Shown here: one piece after another, positions 1-16,034 of the stretch | How the letters are laid out: the number at the start of each line of letters is the position of its first letter | How positions within the stretch are numbered: the stretch's first letter is position 1 | Assembly (NCBI GenBank): GCA_010093995.1 | Contig: ML992506.1 | Location: 1,567,508-1,631,507, forward strand | Length of the DNA: 64,000 nt | DNA from: Elsinoe ampelina | Lineage: Eukaryota | Direction: 5' to 3' | The notes under the pieces: model-generated | The model's input: the letters and a program-made list of their open reading frames with translations, nothing else | Databases searched by the model: none | Told to the model about the DNA's origin: nothing | Position numbers and translations under genes: made by a program

Positions 1-45
1 TCAAGTACGCTTCTATATACACCTGATTTTAGAGCGATCCTGTCG

Positions 46-1548
<1,503 letters not shown>

Positions 1549-4399
1549 TTATTCGGGCGGGAAAGAGAATTTTCGGTATGGCATGACGTCTCTTTGGTAA
1601 AGTCGGTTGTATTTTCAGCGACGACATGGACTGCCCCGCATCGTGACCAGCGGCACGGAACTCTTCACCCCTAGCCTTGTTCTAAGAAGCAACATCACCC
1701 CACGCTCGGAGGGACTCTTTGGGTTCCTGCGAGCTCCGACTGGCGGTGGTTTGGTTGCCGGAATCACTAATGCCATCCTTTCAGCTGGAGCTATGCTGGA
1801 GCTGTCTCGGAGCTCATCCAACCACTCCTGATGTACTGTATTGTGGCTGATTCAACCAGCGGTCGCAAAGACTTCGATTGTTGATCAACCCACAGATCAC
1901 CCGTTGAGGGAAAGAGATGGTTCCTCTCGCACACGGTCCATGGACTGATCAATTCTTCCGGGAGGCGACATGCACGACAAGACATGACATGCGCTTCTCC
2001 GTTGAGATGCTTCTATTACTCCTGCATCATGAAGGCAACGACCACGCTGAGCAACGACATCGCGTCAAAAGGCAGGCACTTGAGTCCCAAGCGGCCACGG
2101 CGATGCGCAAAATGGCGTCGATGGCTGCGCTAAATCTCTCCTTGGGTCGATGGGCCACTGCCAAATGATCCATTGACTGCGGAAAAAGCATTCGCCCTGC
2201 ATCGCTGTCGGCCGTATCCAAGGGTCAACGGCTCCACGTCTATTTCTGGGACCGACATGTTCTGCTCGGTTCTATGCTCTGCGTGAGCTGAACGACAACC
2301 GGGTGTGAATATACCGTTTTGCGATTTACGTACACGTGTGACTCAATCTAACAGCGCGCTTGCCATCAACTTTTGCTTGGCTACACGCGTGGCTGAAGCG
2401 GACAAAGGATGAAGAGGGCGGCATCTGTCCCACCACGGCGCAGACTGTTGCGGTATGCATCCTCCAACCCTTTCCCCTGTCCCTCCGATCTCGCAGCGTT
2501 GCTCAAGATCGTAACGTCTCACACGACTGAGCAGAAAATTGATCGATACGAGGCTTACTCTAGCGATACCATAAAACGCACATTCACTCTGGCCATCTTT
2601 AAGGTTGTAAGGTTGTAACCCTGCTCGGGGGATGTTCACCACACGCCGCAAATCCCCCGGACATCACATCCATTTGGGGAAGGCAGGTGGAACAAAGTGA
2701 AGCATTTGGGGCAGGCAAGGGCCGACTTCACCTCCATCTCGTTCCAAAGCGGCTCGCAACACGGCATGTGCATTGTAGCCTTGTCACCCGCCGGATCGTG
2801 CCCTGTCGGGGCAGCACCGAGAGATGCACCTTGCCCGCCCAATATTCGATTTGTCGATGGACAAGTGACACGCGGGCTCGGAAAAATAGATTCAATCACA
2901 TCCGACCGTCGGTCCAATCGTACCGGTCTGTGCAATCTTGCATCAACATGGCGGAACACTTGTTATGCCACTCATCCGTGTACTGCAGGAATTGTGAATG
3001 CGGCAGGGTTAGGGGAATGGCGCTTTTCTGTTGCCTGCCTACACAGCTGCAACTCCTTGAAGGATTGACAACTTCAGGCCCGTGATTGGGCTCCTAGGGC
3101 CATCGTGCGCATCAGGCTCACACTACCGGCAACGTGGAGACGATCGTCATTCTGGCTACCGGTCCTCTGGTGTGCAAACTATACCCTGACGTGCATATTG
3201 ACGGCGACCAATTCTTTACGAGGAAATTCATTACAACAAGTCATGACCTGTCTTAATGTGGATGTATCGATTTCTTGGTCTGTTGGAGATGATGGCTGCG
3301 CACAGAATAGTCGGCCTGTCCGTAATCTGTCTGCATAGTACCTGCGCATGTCATGCTAATTGTAGCTCGTCCGGAGCCAGCAAACACATGTTCCTGCGCA
3401 CCATCTGGCCATATGAGGAGAGAGGTCAGACCTTCAGCCCCATACGAAAGATGACTATAGCATCAACCCTACAGAATCACATCATGGTCTCTGATTCATG
3501 ATCCTTGATTGACAGGTACTTCATCTATTCGCAGGACTAAAGTACCTAATCTCTGCCAAACACTTGCGTCCGGGAACAGCGCTTGGGCCATACTAAGTTC
3601 CACCTCTGGTCCCTTGATTGCTGGTTTGTCTCTTCCCCACCTGCTAAACCGTCCGTGTGTCTCTACCTGTCACTTTGCTGGCCGACTACCAGTCCGTCGC
3701 CTGATTGGTGTGAATTCGCCTCTATCCTTTATTCACACACCTCAAACTTTACCGTCCGGTCTTGTCAATCCATGGTATCTTGCCCCGATCTCGTCCCTAG
3801 CCGCTTTTTGACCCTCCTTACACAAACTCGACAAACTTTCACGATTCATAACTCCCGCCCGGAACCGACATCAATCTAATCTCTGCGGCTTCTGTTCTAC
3901 ATACAACTATTGCGGTCCTCTTCTTCTCAATCCCCGAGACTTCAAACTTTCCGCCGCGCGCCCTTGAAGTTTCCATTCTTTGCCTTTGCCTTGACTAGGT
4001 GCTCACCACACGCAAGTGGCGTTCGACTTTTGCTACCCTGGACTTGTGGCTTCTACCTGAGCTTGACGCAGACGTGCCGGACACTGCTACCTCTGATCTT
4101 CCTTCGCACTTTGCCGGCGCAAGGCCCACCCATCATCAACGAATACTTTCTCAAGATTCTCGATTACTACAATTGGCGAGTGATCAATAGCGAGCCTCAT
4201 GGTCTGTCTGGGACACCGTCGATAATAGGCATTCGAGTCATTGACGTGCTTCTGTGGAGAGTTTACCCACGCTTCGTCTCCCGCGGTTGCTACCTCCGCT
4301 CCTTCAGATCAGACTGCGCAACCACGTTCTTGCAAATGCGACATACTTAATTCCCATAGCGGGCTTTCGACCCTTGAGGTCAAATCCGCTGATGGCGAT

Positions 4400-7300
4400 A
4401 TGGAGACCGACAACTATCCTGCTCCGGACGGAGTCGATGAAGCCGAGGCTAACAGGAATCGCATGCTCCGCAAGCGCACAAAGACTGGTTGTTTGACATG
4501 TCGCAAACGACGCATCAAGTGTGGCGAGGAACGACCTATTTGTAAGAACTGTATCAAGTCGAAGCGTCACTGCGACGGATATAACCATCGTGTTGTATTC
4601 AAGCCTACTACCATCGACTTCCGCCACCTTCAAAATGGAGCTGCAACCATTACTTTCCCTGCCTCTACGATGGGTATGGATGTCAATCTAGGACCTGGGT
4701 ATCCTTTCCAGGTTGATCCATATCAAATGACTGGACCTGCACGCCTGCCACGTCCAATTGTACCAATGACACCGTCTGATGCGTATCCCTATAGCGTGCC
4801 ATACACCGCGCCACCTTTTCAGACTTCATGGCAAGGGAATTTCTTCGACGATCCCAATACTCAAGCACAAGTCAATGCCATGCAGCAGATGGCAATGTCA
4901 CAAGCCGCGCATCAAAATTACCTTCATCAACCGCAATTCCAGCAAGATGATCTTGCAACACATCATGCCATGGATCCCAATGGATATGGTATGGGTATCA
5001 GCAATGGAGAGGCTTCAATCCCTCGAGGTCTTCACACACCCGCCATGAACTCGAATGGATCCTGGAGCCACCATCAACATCATGATCCTAACCGACAGTC
5101 TAGCGTAGCCACTTCCGGCTCTATCCCGCCTCTCACCATGTCCAGCATCGAATCAACCCCTAGCTGGAACCACAACAACCAGCCTCCAACGCCTCACTCC
5201 GCGCCTCTGCTGAATACTCCTTGGCTCTCTGGCCAGTATCATACGCACATGCCAATGCACGGTTCACATCCGTTCATCTCCTCAGACGGCGCGATGGGGG
5301 ATAGCCCCGACCAAGCGTACAAGATGGCAGCCATGAGTCCCTCAGCTCTTCTGGACACGGCAGCAATTGAGTACCACGATGTCGATTACTACGATGTCCA
5401 TCCTGAGGAAGAGCCCGATGCCTTCCTCAGAGCGACTCCTGAACCCGTACCGAAGGAGGCTTTGGCTGTCGATCATATAGTCAAGGTGGGCGATCTGCGC
5501 ATCAGTCATGGACTGAGGTCAAATTATGGTTACAGCGAAGGCATTTTGGACAATTATCGCCCAGAGATGACCGCGAATCCGCTAAAGAACCCCGCGACAG
5601 CTCGTGTTTTTGCCCACTTCATTCAAGTGACAGGCCTCACCATCTCTGCGCAGACCAGACGACCACTTCCACCAGGAGCACAAAAGAGACGGCAAGATGT
5701 GCCCTTCTCAGAGGCTGGGATTTGGACTCACACAATGCCAATGGCTGCACTACACGATCAAGGTCTATTGCAAGCTATGCTTGCACTTTCAAGTTTGCAT
5801 ATCGCAAAGTTGACAGGCGCTTCCACAACGCCGTCCTACAAGCATTATGCTTATGCGCTCAAAGCAGTCCATCACTCCGTTGGTCACCCCAACAAGCGTC
5901 ACAATGTTCCTACATTAGCGGCCTCGATTCTGCTCGCAGTTTACGAGCTGTGGTGCGCGGAACACGTCAAGTGGAGCAGTCATTTGGCCGGCGCAGGCCA
6001 GCTCCTTATCGAAACGGATTTCGCCGGGATGCATAAGAAGGTCCGACAATTGAAGCTCGAGAAGCAGAGAGAGAAACGCAGAGGTTATCCGACATTCCGA
6101 CGAGCTGCAGCAGATGGAGACTTCCCCCAACACCTCAAGACCAAGGCGAAGCAGTTCAGAGATCTCGAGCAGGTACCCGATATTGATCCGCAAGTCGTCA
6201 GCATAATGTCTGGCAGCGTCGTCAACTATGACGATTACGGTCAGATCCTGGGTGAGGACAGTAACGATTCAGACAAACATGCAAGCTTGGACGTACCAAA
6301 GTTTGAGATTCTCAAAGATCTGTTCTGGGGCTTTGCCAAACACGACATGATTGGTAGTATTATAAGCGGCAATCCACTACTGTGAGTGTTTCTGGATGCA
6401 TTATCAAGGGATAAGCTAATCATTCTGCAGCATGTCTTACGGTCGCTGGACAGATTATCCGCCTCGCGCGCCAATCGATGCTGAGCCGGGTGTCATCTAC
6501 GGCGCGTATGACCACCTCATGCTCCTTTGTGGTCGCATTGCAGACTTCATCGTCCGCGACAGGAAGAGGAAGCTGAGAGCAATGCAATTGAACGGAGGAA
6601 TGTGGAAGCCTCCACCAGGAATGCAGCTTGGTCCACCTCCTGGAAGCTCCCCAGGTGGTCCTCCTGGAAGCACGCCTGGTAGTTCTACTGGTGGCCCTCG
6701 ACCAGGCGGTGGTCCACCAGGCTTTGGTCCGCCGTCGACTGGAACGCCGAGAGGCCCACCATCGGCTGCATCAGGTCAGCCATCTCCTCAGCAAGCCAGC
6801 AATAACACACCTTCACCCCAACTACCGCCCTACTTCGGTATGGCACCTCCGCGACCGACTGCGCCGATGCCCAGCTCGTACTGGGCGCAGGCTGAAGAAC
6901 CACCTATCATGTCACCTGAACAAGAACAGTTCATCGACTTCACGACACAGACCAATGAAGCATTGCAGGAGTGGAACGAAATCATGAACGCCATCAATGT
7001 TCTTGTTAGTATGCTTGGGGAATGGTATCAACCACTCGAGTCGGAATATCAGGTTCCTCCTCAGACGCCATGGGGTCCGGCAACGATCTACAAATCGCTT
7101 GATGTTGGCTGTCTTTGGGGATTCGTCAACTTTGCTTATATTTCTGCCCATCGATGTCATCCTCACATGCCCCCTTACGCACACATGGCGGCTGCTATCG
7201 CTGCTCGCTCGACGAAGCAGTATGCGGACAACATCGGCCGATTAGCTGCAGGAATCATGCCTCCTAATAATGGCAAGCCCATCACACCTTTCATGGGAGC

Positions 7301-7676
7301 AGCCATGTGCGATCTCTGCCTACCGCTGTTTTGGGCTGGAGTTCAGCTGGTCGATCCTCACCAACGAGACTGGATCATTACAGCGCTCTTCGACATTGAG
7401 CGGCGCTGTGCATATGAAACAGCAGGGACCATCGCTCACGGATGTCAGACGGCATGGCACAAGGCTGGAAAAGCGGGACGAGGGCCACCGTACACTCATC
7501 GGTACAACACACGAGCACAGGACGAACGCCTTAATGGATCATGGGAGAAGATCGACCCTGATGCCCAGCCGGATCAAGACGATGTCACAGACCGTAGGTT
7601 TATTCAGACGAAGCCGACGGCGCGATTGCACTGGGCCATGGGTGTTCTCGAAACGGAATTGGATGGGCACGCATGA
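4400..7676 (+). CDS. Zn(II)2Cys6 transcription factor with fungal-specific C-terminal TF domain; one intron at 6382-6430
   Basis: RKRTKTGCLTCRKRRIKCGEERPICKNCIKSKRHC is a binuclear cluster, followed by a Q/P/H-rich linker and a helical domain (LLQAMLALSSLHIA...WSSHLAGA). A gtgagt...ctaat...cag intron joins the 4241 and 6432 ORFs. The start is the first in-frame ATG. Confidence 0.92.
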
Positions 7677-8094
7677 GAAGATACTGGTCAACGAACATGC
7701 ATGGATTGGCAGGAAGGTCAAAAAGGGCGACAGAGGTGCATAGCTAGTTGTGTTTGTTCATGTTTGCACGAATACCCCATCATAATGCTATTTCTGATTC
7801 CGCTTTGATCATTGGCAGCGAAAATGCTTTTCAGCGACTGCAGGACCAGCGGTGAATTCAAAGGCAAGCAAGGGGGAATCTTAAGCAAGGTCTCAGGGGC
7901 TGCTCGGCGGCACTGTGTCGGCCCAAAGCTTCACAAGCTCCGACACAGCTGTTGACTTCAGGACAGCTTGAACTTTTGGCAGCCTAGCAATCCATTTCAC
8001 ACAATCAGCAATTGCGCATCGCATCGCATCCCCTCCATCTCCCCTCGAGCATTGCTCCTCACTTCCACGTGCCTCACCAATCCCACCCACCACA

Positions 8095-9090
8095 ATGGCA
8101 ACCCACCACTCCTCCTTCCCCGACCCCTACGACCAAGACGCAGTCGAAGCCGACCTCATCGATCCAGACGACGGTACCTTTTCTCCCCTCCCCCCATCCT
8201 CTCCCCCACTAACCCCCTCCCAAGCCACCCTCGACGACCTCGACGACCCCCTCTCCGCCCACCCAGCCTCCACCTCCGACCGCGCACCCCTAACCGGCAC
8301 CATCTCCTCGGCCCAAACCCAATCGTACCTCACCTCCAGCATCCCCGGCGAAGACCGCCGCGCACCCCAAAACACACTCGACGAAACCGTCTGGGCCACG
8401 CTGAGCCGCGACCTGCTCGCCGTGTGGGAGAAGATGCGCCAGGTGCTGTACCCGAAATACCTCCTCGGCGGGGCGATGAACCCGGCGTCGTCGTTGAACC
8501 CGGCCAACGCGGGCGCGGACGGCAGCGGTGGGGGCCAGGGGTTTGGGCAGGGTCTCATGGGGGTGGTGGGACGGTGGCCGGATGCGGATGTGGTGTTGCA
8601 GGGGGGGATGAGTGAGGGGTTGCGGGACTGGGATCTGTGGGGGCCGTTGTTGTTTTGTTTGTTGCTGAGTTTTTTGCTGAGTAGGGGTGCGCAGGATGAG
8701 CAGAAGAGTGTGGTGTTCTCCGGGGTGTTTGCGATTGTGTGGATTGGGGAGGCGGTGGTGACGGTGCAGATTAAGTTGTTGGGGGGGAATATGTGAGTAT
8801 CTTTTGGGAGCAAGAAGAGGGACACGGCTGACGTGGGCAGATCGTTCTTTCAGAGTGTTTGTATTATTGGGTATACGCTTTTCCCGCTGGTTATTGCGAG
8901 TTTGCTGAGCGCCTTGGGGCTGCCGATTATTGCGAGGGTGCCGGTGTATATTGTGCTGGTGGCTTGGTCGATGGCGGCGGGGATTAGTATACTGGGTGGA
9001 TCAGGGGTGGTCAAGAATAGGGTGGGCATTGCGGTCTATCCTTTGCTTGTGTTCTACGTGGGATTGGGATGTCTTTGCTTCATTAGCTAG
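8095..9090 (+). CDS. Yip1-domain Golgi/ER membrane protein (Yip4/YIPF6-like); introns 8174-8224 and 8793-8840
   Basis: NTLDETVWATLSRDL, LRDWDLWGPLLFCLLLS and KLLGGNISFFQSVCIIGYTLFP are Yip1-family motifs, followed by multiple hydrophobic helices. Confidence 0.9.
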
Positions 9091-9573
9091 GTGTTGGACG
9101 GCATGGCAGCATTGTCACGAATGGAAGCTTATAGTCAGTCTCGCTATTTGTTAATCACGTGCTTGATGGACAACACTAAATCTGTCAGGTTTCGGCGCCT
9201 GAAAATGCAGCAAATCTGCGCAATCTGATAGTCAATTTATCTATCAGTGCAACCGGACCCACCAAGCTCCCACATCTTCAGCTTTGCGGCTCCGCTCTTC
9301 GCGCCCACACTGACATCCAACACCACACCGCATCACTGATAGAGCACATTATTATACACTTGAAGATTACATTCGTCATTCGCCAGCTTCATAGGTCAGT
9401 CAACTTCACCGAACACGGACCCGCTCTCATAAACCTAGAGAACAAAGAACCCCTTGGCACAACCTCAAAAGCAATCAAATCAACCATCTCAAATCAGCAA
9501 CGAAGCACCACGATCCATACCTCCGATACGCCTACCACAATAGCTTTTGACCCTCTAGAGCACAACCTCCAAT

Positions 9574-11381
9574 ATGCCCTCCCCTGCGGACGAGAACCGC
9601 GCCTCTCCCGAAATCACAGAGGGCGAAAAACCTGTCCGAGAAAAGCTACAAAAAGCCAGCATCGACGCAACCATCCACAAAGACCACGCCAACGCATCAG
9701 AAGCTGCGACCTCTGGCACCACATCAGATGTAAAGACGGAAGTCGTCGATACCACTGACGCCACCCGTGGACGACCACAGCGCAAGCGCAGCTACGATGA
9801 AGCTACCGCCGATACCAGTGAGCAAAAAGACGCGGACAAGAAGATAGAGAGCAAGCACGGCCGCAAACGATCACGGGACAGCACGCTCGGCGATGAAGAA
9901 GCAGAGGGAAGCAAGCGTGTGAGCTTGGAGGTGAGCAGGAAAGAGCTCGGGGCAGAAGAGGGCACGAATGGTGAGGGCAAGCCTGGAAGCAAGACACCAC
10001 CCGGTGCAGTAGGAGAGGAGGAGGTGCAGGCGGTGGTCAGCCCGAAGAGCAAGCGGAGTCGGACAGAGGGGGTGGTCAATGGGGACAAGGTACGGATTGC
10101 GCTACACGGAGAGTTCATGGCTAATGCAGGTCAAGGCACAAGATGAGACGAGCAAGGACACAGTGATTGAGTCAAAGGAAAAGGCACAGCCGCAGCCACA
10201 GACATCCTCGTCGGCATTTGCAGCGTCCGGATTTGGCGCGTTTGCTTCCTCAAGCTCGTCTGGCTTTGGGGCTGTGGCGCCGGAGAAGAAGCTGAGTAGC
10301 TTTGCAAGCCCGGAACCGGAGGACAAGTCCAAGGAGATCAAGGCCCCGGCTACCTTTGGCGGTGCACTGGGGTCAAAGTCGGCCTTCGGTTCGGGGACGA
10401 GCACAGGTTCAGCGTTCGGGTCGGGGGCAGGTACGGGTTCAGCATTCGGAGGCACAAGCAGTGGTTCAGCATTTGGGTCATCGTCGGGCTTTGGAGGCGG
10501 CATTAAGAGTGGAAGCGTGTTCGGCGGTGGCTTCGGTGGCGCAGGAGGCAGTAAGCTCTCGACTTTCGCAAGTTCGGCTGGGGCTACATTTGGTGGATCT
10601 AAGAAACCTGCAAAGGCGTTTGGTGCGCCTACTGGTGGAGATGAAGAAGAAGCAGGATCAGAGGGAGAGGGAGACGACGAGGATGCGGACAAGAGAGTGA
10701 AGAGTCCTATCGCTTCGGAAGAGGAGAAGAGGGATGAGCGGTTCTACGCGCAAGAACGTGAGTACTCACACGCATTAGGAGCGGTGCATGCTGTAGCAAC
10801 GTGATTACTGACAATATTATAGTGGAGACTGGCGAAGAGAACGAAAGGACCGAATATACTTGCCGCGCCAAACTCTACAATTTCGTCCCTTCAAATCCAG
10901 CAGACGAATCTTCAAAGAAAGAATGGAAAGAACGAGGCCTCGGCACGCTTCGACTGAATGTACAAGACGCCTTGTCATCTTCAGCGGCGGATCTCGAAGC
11001 TGGCGAAGGAGCTAAAGCAGACGATGATGAGGATAAGCACGTCCGAGCCCGTCTGGTGATGCGAGCAGACGGCAGCCACAGGGTGATCCTCAACACGCCG
11101 ATCAAGAAGGAACTACGATTCGGGAGTGTCAAGGGAGAGGCGCCAGTGGGAGGCTACATCTACTTCATGGGAAGTATTGATGGGCGGCCGAAGTTGGAGC
11201 TTCTGCAGTTAAAGGTACGTCATTTGGTAATCCGTGAGAAGGTTCGCTGGCTAGTGGGAGGATGCATGCGAGGACCCTCAACGGTTTGTAAATATTGTGG
11301 AGCTGACATGTGATATAGATACGGCAACAATTCGCTATGGAGCTGTACGAGCATATACAGGGATTGCAGAAGGCGATGTGA
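9574..11381 (+). CDS. RanBP1-domain protein with FG-type repeats (Yrb2/RanBP3/Nup2-like); introns 10090-10129, 10758-10822, 11215-11318
   Basis: Basic NLS-like clusters (RKRS), repeated SAFG/GFG motifs, and a Ran-binding domain (ETGEENERTEYTCRAKLY...WKERGLGTLRLN...RLVMRADGSHRVILN). The last exon IRQQFAMELYEHIQGLQKAM* was read by hand. Confidence 0.9.
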
Positions 11382-12453
11382 GGAGAGGACGGGATGTTAT
11401 CTTGTGAGGTGGTTGATATCGGCACCCTTTGGATAAGTCGAATGGCCAGCACCAATGGACACAGCGAGGATAGTCTGCTGGGACAGACTACATAGGTACA
11501 TTGAGTATACCACCTAGGCGGCAGAAGGTGTCGTGATGGCACATGGTAGATGTCAGATACCCTCGCAACCATCACAGGGTCAAGGCAACCAGATAAACCA
11601 TGACTCGTGACGATGTAGAGGAATGAAATTTCCGAAAATATCCGAGAACCATGGTCCCAACGGACGTGAAGACACGTGACGTTCAGCCTTGTTGATAACG
11701 CAATCTGCGGGTTATGCTCTACGAGCTTGATGCTAGCAAATGAACCGGAAAAACTTCTTATTGACTGTTATGAAATATTCGCGACATCTGGACCATGCAT
11801 CTCGCTCAGCCTGACAGTGATGTGATGTGACAAGATCGTGAAACATTCCAGATCAAGGCATGACTCGCAGTGACGAGGCCGAGCAGTTCGGATATTTCAC
11901 AGATCCGGGGCGACAGGCGGAGACGCGGACAGGGCACAGGAAATCGGGTGAGATGCACTCCTGACGTGCTGCACGGGGCGAAGGTGGTCTGATGTGTTGG
12001 GGGAGAGATTGGCCCAACGCGAGAGGCGGCACTGCAGGAACGCGACCTTTTTCCGTGGCGATTTCGCAAGTCGACTCCACAAAAACCAGCGAACCCTGAC
12101 CAGTCTGAGCACTTTGTGTCCAGATCTCGCCAGAGCTTTGACGAAAAAGCGGGCTTCCATTGGTGGCCAGTCGCCTGCGAACCGTTCGGGAAGCTCTCAG
12201 CATTCTCGAGAAATTCTCGCCGCCTGTTGATCAAGAGGCCAGATACAATTACCCTCTCACACCGCTCACCTTCACTCTTTCTTCCCTCCGACCTCTGACC
12301 TTGGACTTGATTTTACTACCAAGTTCTTGCCTTCAGTTGTTCTCTCACTCTTTCCACCTGAGTTCGCAACCTTCGACCGAGGACAAACATCACTCCCTCC
12401 ACGTTTCCCGACCCCGAAGCTTCCGTCCTCAACAAATTTCTATTACGGCAATC

Positions 12454-13887
12454 ATGTCGACAGCTATGCAGCCGACGCCTGCAAAATCTCCTGAGCAGGC
12501 CAGGAACAAGCCGTGAGTATAGATGAGACGATCTGCATACGAATTGGCACTGACAGACGTTCACAGGCACATTACCGACCAGCCCATGACCCGCAAGAAC
12601 TGGTACAAGCACGTCAACTGGCTCAATGTCACCTTGATTGTGGGCATCCCCCTCGCAGGATGCATTGCAGCCTTCTGGACTCCTTTGTACACCAAGACTG
12701 CCATCTGGGCCATCGCATACTACTTCGCAACTGGTCTGGGTATCACGGCGGGGTACCATCGTCTGTGGGCACACACTTCATACTCGGCGACTCTGCCACT
12801 CAAGATCTTCTTGGCAGCTGTTGGAGGAGGTGCAGTAGAAGGTTCTGTCAGATGGTGGGCTCGCGATCACCGTGCACACCACAGATATACCGACACCGAG
12901 AAGGATCCCTACTCTGTCCGCAAGGGTCTGCTCTACTCACACTTCGGATGGATGCTCATGAAGCAGAACCCAAAGAGAATTGGACGCACCGATATTTCCG
13001 ATCTCAATGACGACCCAGTCGTTGTCTGGCAGCATCGTCACTACCTCAAGGTTGTTCTCTTCATGGGTCTCATCTTCCCGACTCTGGTTGCCGGTCTCGG
13101 TTGGGGTGACTGGATGGGTGGCTTCATCTATGGCGGTATCCTCCGTATCTTCTTCGTCCAGCAGGCTACTTTCTGCGTCAACTCGCTCGCTCACTGGCTT
13201 GGTGACCAGCCATTCGATGACCGCAACTCCCCCCGTGATCACTTGGTCACTGCGCTCGTCACTCTTGGTGAGGGCTACCACAACTTCCACCATGAATTCC
13301 CGTCGGACTACCGCAATGCTATCGAGTGGCACCAGTATGATCCCACCAAGTGGTCAATCTGGACCTGGAAGCAGCTCGGTCTCGCCTACGATCTCAAGCA
13401 GTTCCGTGCCAATGAGATTGAGAAGGGTCGTGTCCAGCAGCAACAAAAGAAGCTTGACCAAAAGCGCGCCAAACTCGATTGGGGACGTCCTCTTGAGCAA
13501 CTCCCTGTTGTCGAATGGGACGAATTCGTCGAGCGCTCCAAGAACGGCGAGGCTCTTGTCTGCGTCGGCGGCATCATTCACGACGTCGGCGACTTCGTTC
13601 AGCACCACCCTGGTGGCAAGGCTATGATCAAGAGCGGTCTCGGCAAGGACGCCACTGCCATGTTCAACGGTGGGGTCTACTTCCACTCCAACGCTGCCCA
13701 CAATTTACTTTCCACCATGCGCGTCGGTGTCGTCCGAGGCGGTATGGAGGTCGAGATCTGGAAGCGCTCCAATACCGAGAACAAGGACACTCAGATCATC
13801 AAGGACGGTTATGGCGAGCGCATTGTCCGCGCTGGTCAGCAGCCGACCAAGATTATCCGCCCCACCGCCAGCGCTGACGCCGCATGA
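12454..13887 (+). CDS. OLE1: Delta-9 acyl-CoA desaturase with C-terminal cytochrome b5 domain; intron 12513-12566
   Basis: His boxes HRLWAH, HRAHH and HNFHH, a b5 heme motif HPGG, and strong C-ending codon bias typical of highly expressed genes. Confidence 0.97.
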
Positions 13888-14686
13888 TGGGTCTGCTTAT
13901 GGCAATGGCCTTTTCACGGCTGGAGCGTTACTTTTCACGTCTTTCGTTTTTCATCATCTATCAGTCATGACGCGTTCTAAGCGATTGCTGGGATCACCAA
14001 ATTGTGTATTCCATAGACCGGATGGGGCATGGGGGTTACGATATGGTCCTGATTCGAGGTCGGAAATGGTATCTCGCTGAGCTGTGATGGTTCCGAGATA
14101 TTCACTCCTAGTGTATCGAATACATCGTCTCTGAACAAATTATGTGTTGCTCAAACATTGTGAATTACGAAATACTGAGCATTGCTGCTAAACCCTGCTA
14201 TGGAATCTCCACTTTGCCTGTCTTCATAGATATGGGTTCTGCATGATTGTTATTCTATAATTGCCTCACACCCAGCTATTGGCAAAATGACCACGTGGGA
14301 AATGAATGCCAAAATACAGCCACCTCCATCATCACCATTCTTGTCAATGACCCGGTCACGTCGATCCCCCGTCATTCGGCTAACTTGCCACGAGCAGAAA
14401 TCGGCAGGTCGAATCCGGGCTTCCCGCAAGAAACTTTGTCCTCTGCAGATCGGCCGGCAGAAATTGGCGGGGTAGCAGTGTTTATCTGATTCTCGTCTTG
14501 CGAGACAGCGAGTGGACCGCGAGACATGTGTGTATGAGCGATGAGGTAAGTGGGGATAAGTACCGAGTAGGATCGAGGTTTCTTTTGGCAGCTTCTCTTC
14601 CTTGGACATCAGTGGATTTGGAGGCAGACGGGCATTGGTATAGCACAATCAAGCAGGAACAGGCAGACAAGACGTCAAGAGCAGGA

Positions 14687-14710
14687 CACACACACCTACA
14701 CACACACACA
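14687..14710. repeat. Imperfect (CA)n microsatellite upstream of the dehydrogenase
   Basis: acacacacacctacacacacacaca. Confidence 0.7.
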
Positions 14711-14737
14711 CTCCCTCCACGCCAACCTTCGACGACA

Positions 14738-16034
14738 ATGTCCCCCCTCCTCAACACCCCTCCCCACCCCACCATCACCACCACCGTCTCCATCTCGCAC
14801 ACCCCCACCCCCAAACCCACCGGCACCACAACAACCATCACCACCAACCCCCCGCTATCCAGCTTCACCCCCAACCCGGCCCTGCACACCTCCCCCTCGC
14901 ACGACGTCTACCTCGGCCCCTCGCCCCCGCTCACCCCGTCCCCCACCGACGTGATCCTCCACATGCACACCAACGGCATCTGCGGCTCAGACCTGCACCT
15001 CTCGCACTCGGGCCGCATAGGCGATCTCGTGGTGCGGGACGCGCATTGCCTGGGCCACGAAGGCGCCGGGCGGGTCGCGTGGGTAGGGGACGCGGTGCGG
15101 GGGTTGAAGCTGGGCGATCGCGTGGCGGTCGAGCCGGGCGTGCCGTGCCACGAGCGTGGGTGTGAGTGGTGCAGTGGTGGCGGGTATAATTTGTGTCCCC
15201 GGGTGAGGTTTTCGGGGGTCCCGCCCCACGCGGGGAGTATTCGCCGGTGGCACGTCCATGACGCGCGGTATTTGCATAAATTGCCCGACGGGATGGGGTG
15301 GGGGGAGGGGGCGTTGTTGGAGCCGTTGAGTGTGGTTTTGCATGCTTTTGAGAGGTGTCATGTGCGGTTGGGGGAGCCGGTGTTGGTGGCGGGCGCGGGG
15401 CCGATTGGGTTGATTGCCCTGGCGGCGGCGAGGGCGAGTGGGTGTTGGCCTTTGGTGGTGACGGATTTGGATGAGGGGAGGTTGAGGTTTGCCGAGGGGT
15501 TTGTGAAAGGGGTAAGGGGGGTGAGGGTGGTGATGGGGGAGGAGCCGGAGGAGACGGGGAGGAAGGTGCAGGCCGTGTTCAAGGAGATGGGGGCGCCGGC
15601 GCCGAGGGTGAGTTTTGAGTGTGTGGGTATGGCGAGCAGTGTGGGTGCTTGTCTATGGGGAACGAGGAGGGGAGGGGAGGTGATGGTGATCGGGGTCGGG
15701 AAGGATACGATGGATGGGTTGCCGTTCATGCAGGCTAGTATGGCTGAGGTGAGCAAGATGTGGTGTAGAGAAGGGATGTTTGACTGATGATGCATGGCAG
15801 ATTGACCTCAAGTTCATCAATAGGTACCATCACTCGTGGCCTTACGCGATCCGTCTCATGCAGTCCGGCTGCATAGACCTGAAACCGCTCGTCACGCACA
15901 AGTTTAAGCTAGAGGAGGCAGTCAAGGCTATCGAGACGGCGTCGGACAGATCCCAGGCTTCGATCAAGGTGCATATCATTGACGACGACCCGGATGAAGT
16001 AGAGCAAGCGACACAGGCGGACGGAGGGGCATGA
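14738..16034 (+). CDS. Zinc-dependent medium-chain polyol dehydrogenase (L-arabinitol 4-/sorbitol/xylitol dehydrogenase family); intron 15749-15800
   Basis: GICGSDLH, GHEGAG, structural-Zn cysteines (CHERGCEWC...NLC), LLEPLSV, the NAD-binding motif GAGPIG, and a C-terminal exon IDLKFINRY...LVTHKFKLE. Confidence 0.92.

Noticed and set aside
10380..10540. Repeated ggttcagcattcgg-like units suggesting a DNA repeat array
   Set aside because: They encode the SAFG/FG repeats of the RanBP1-domain protein. Not a CRISPR or satellite array.
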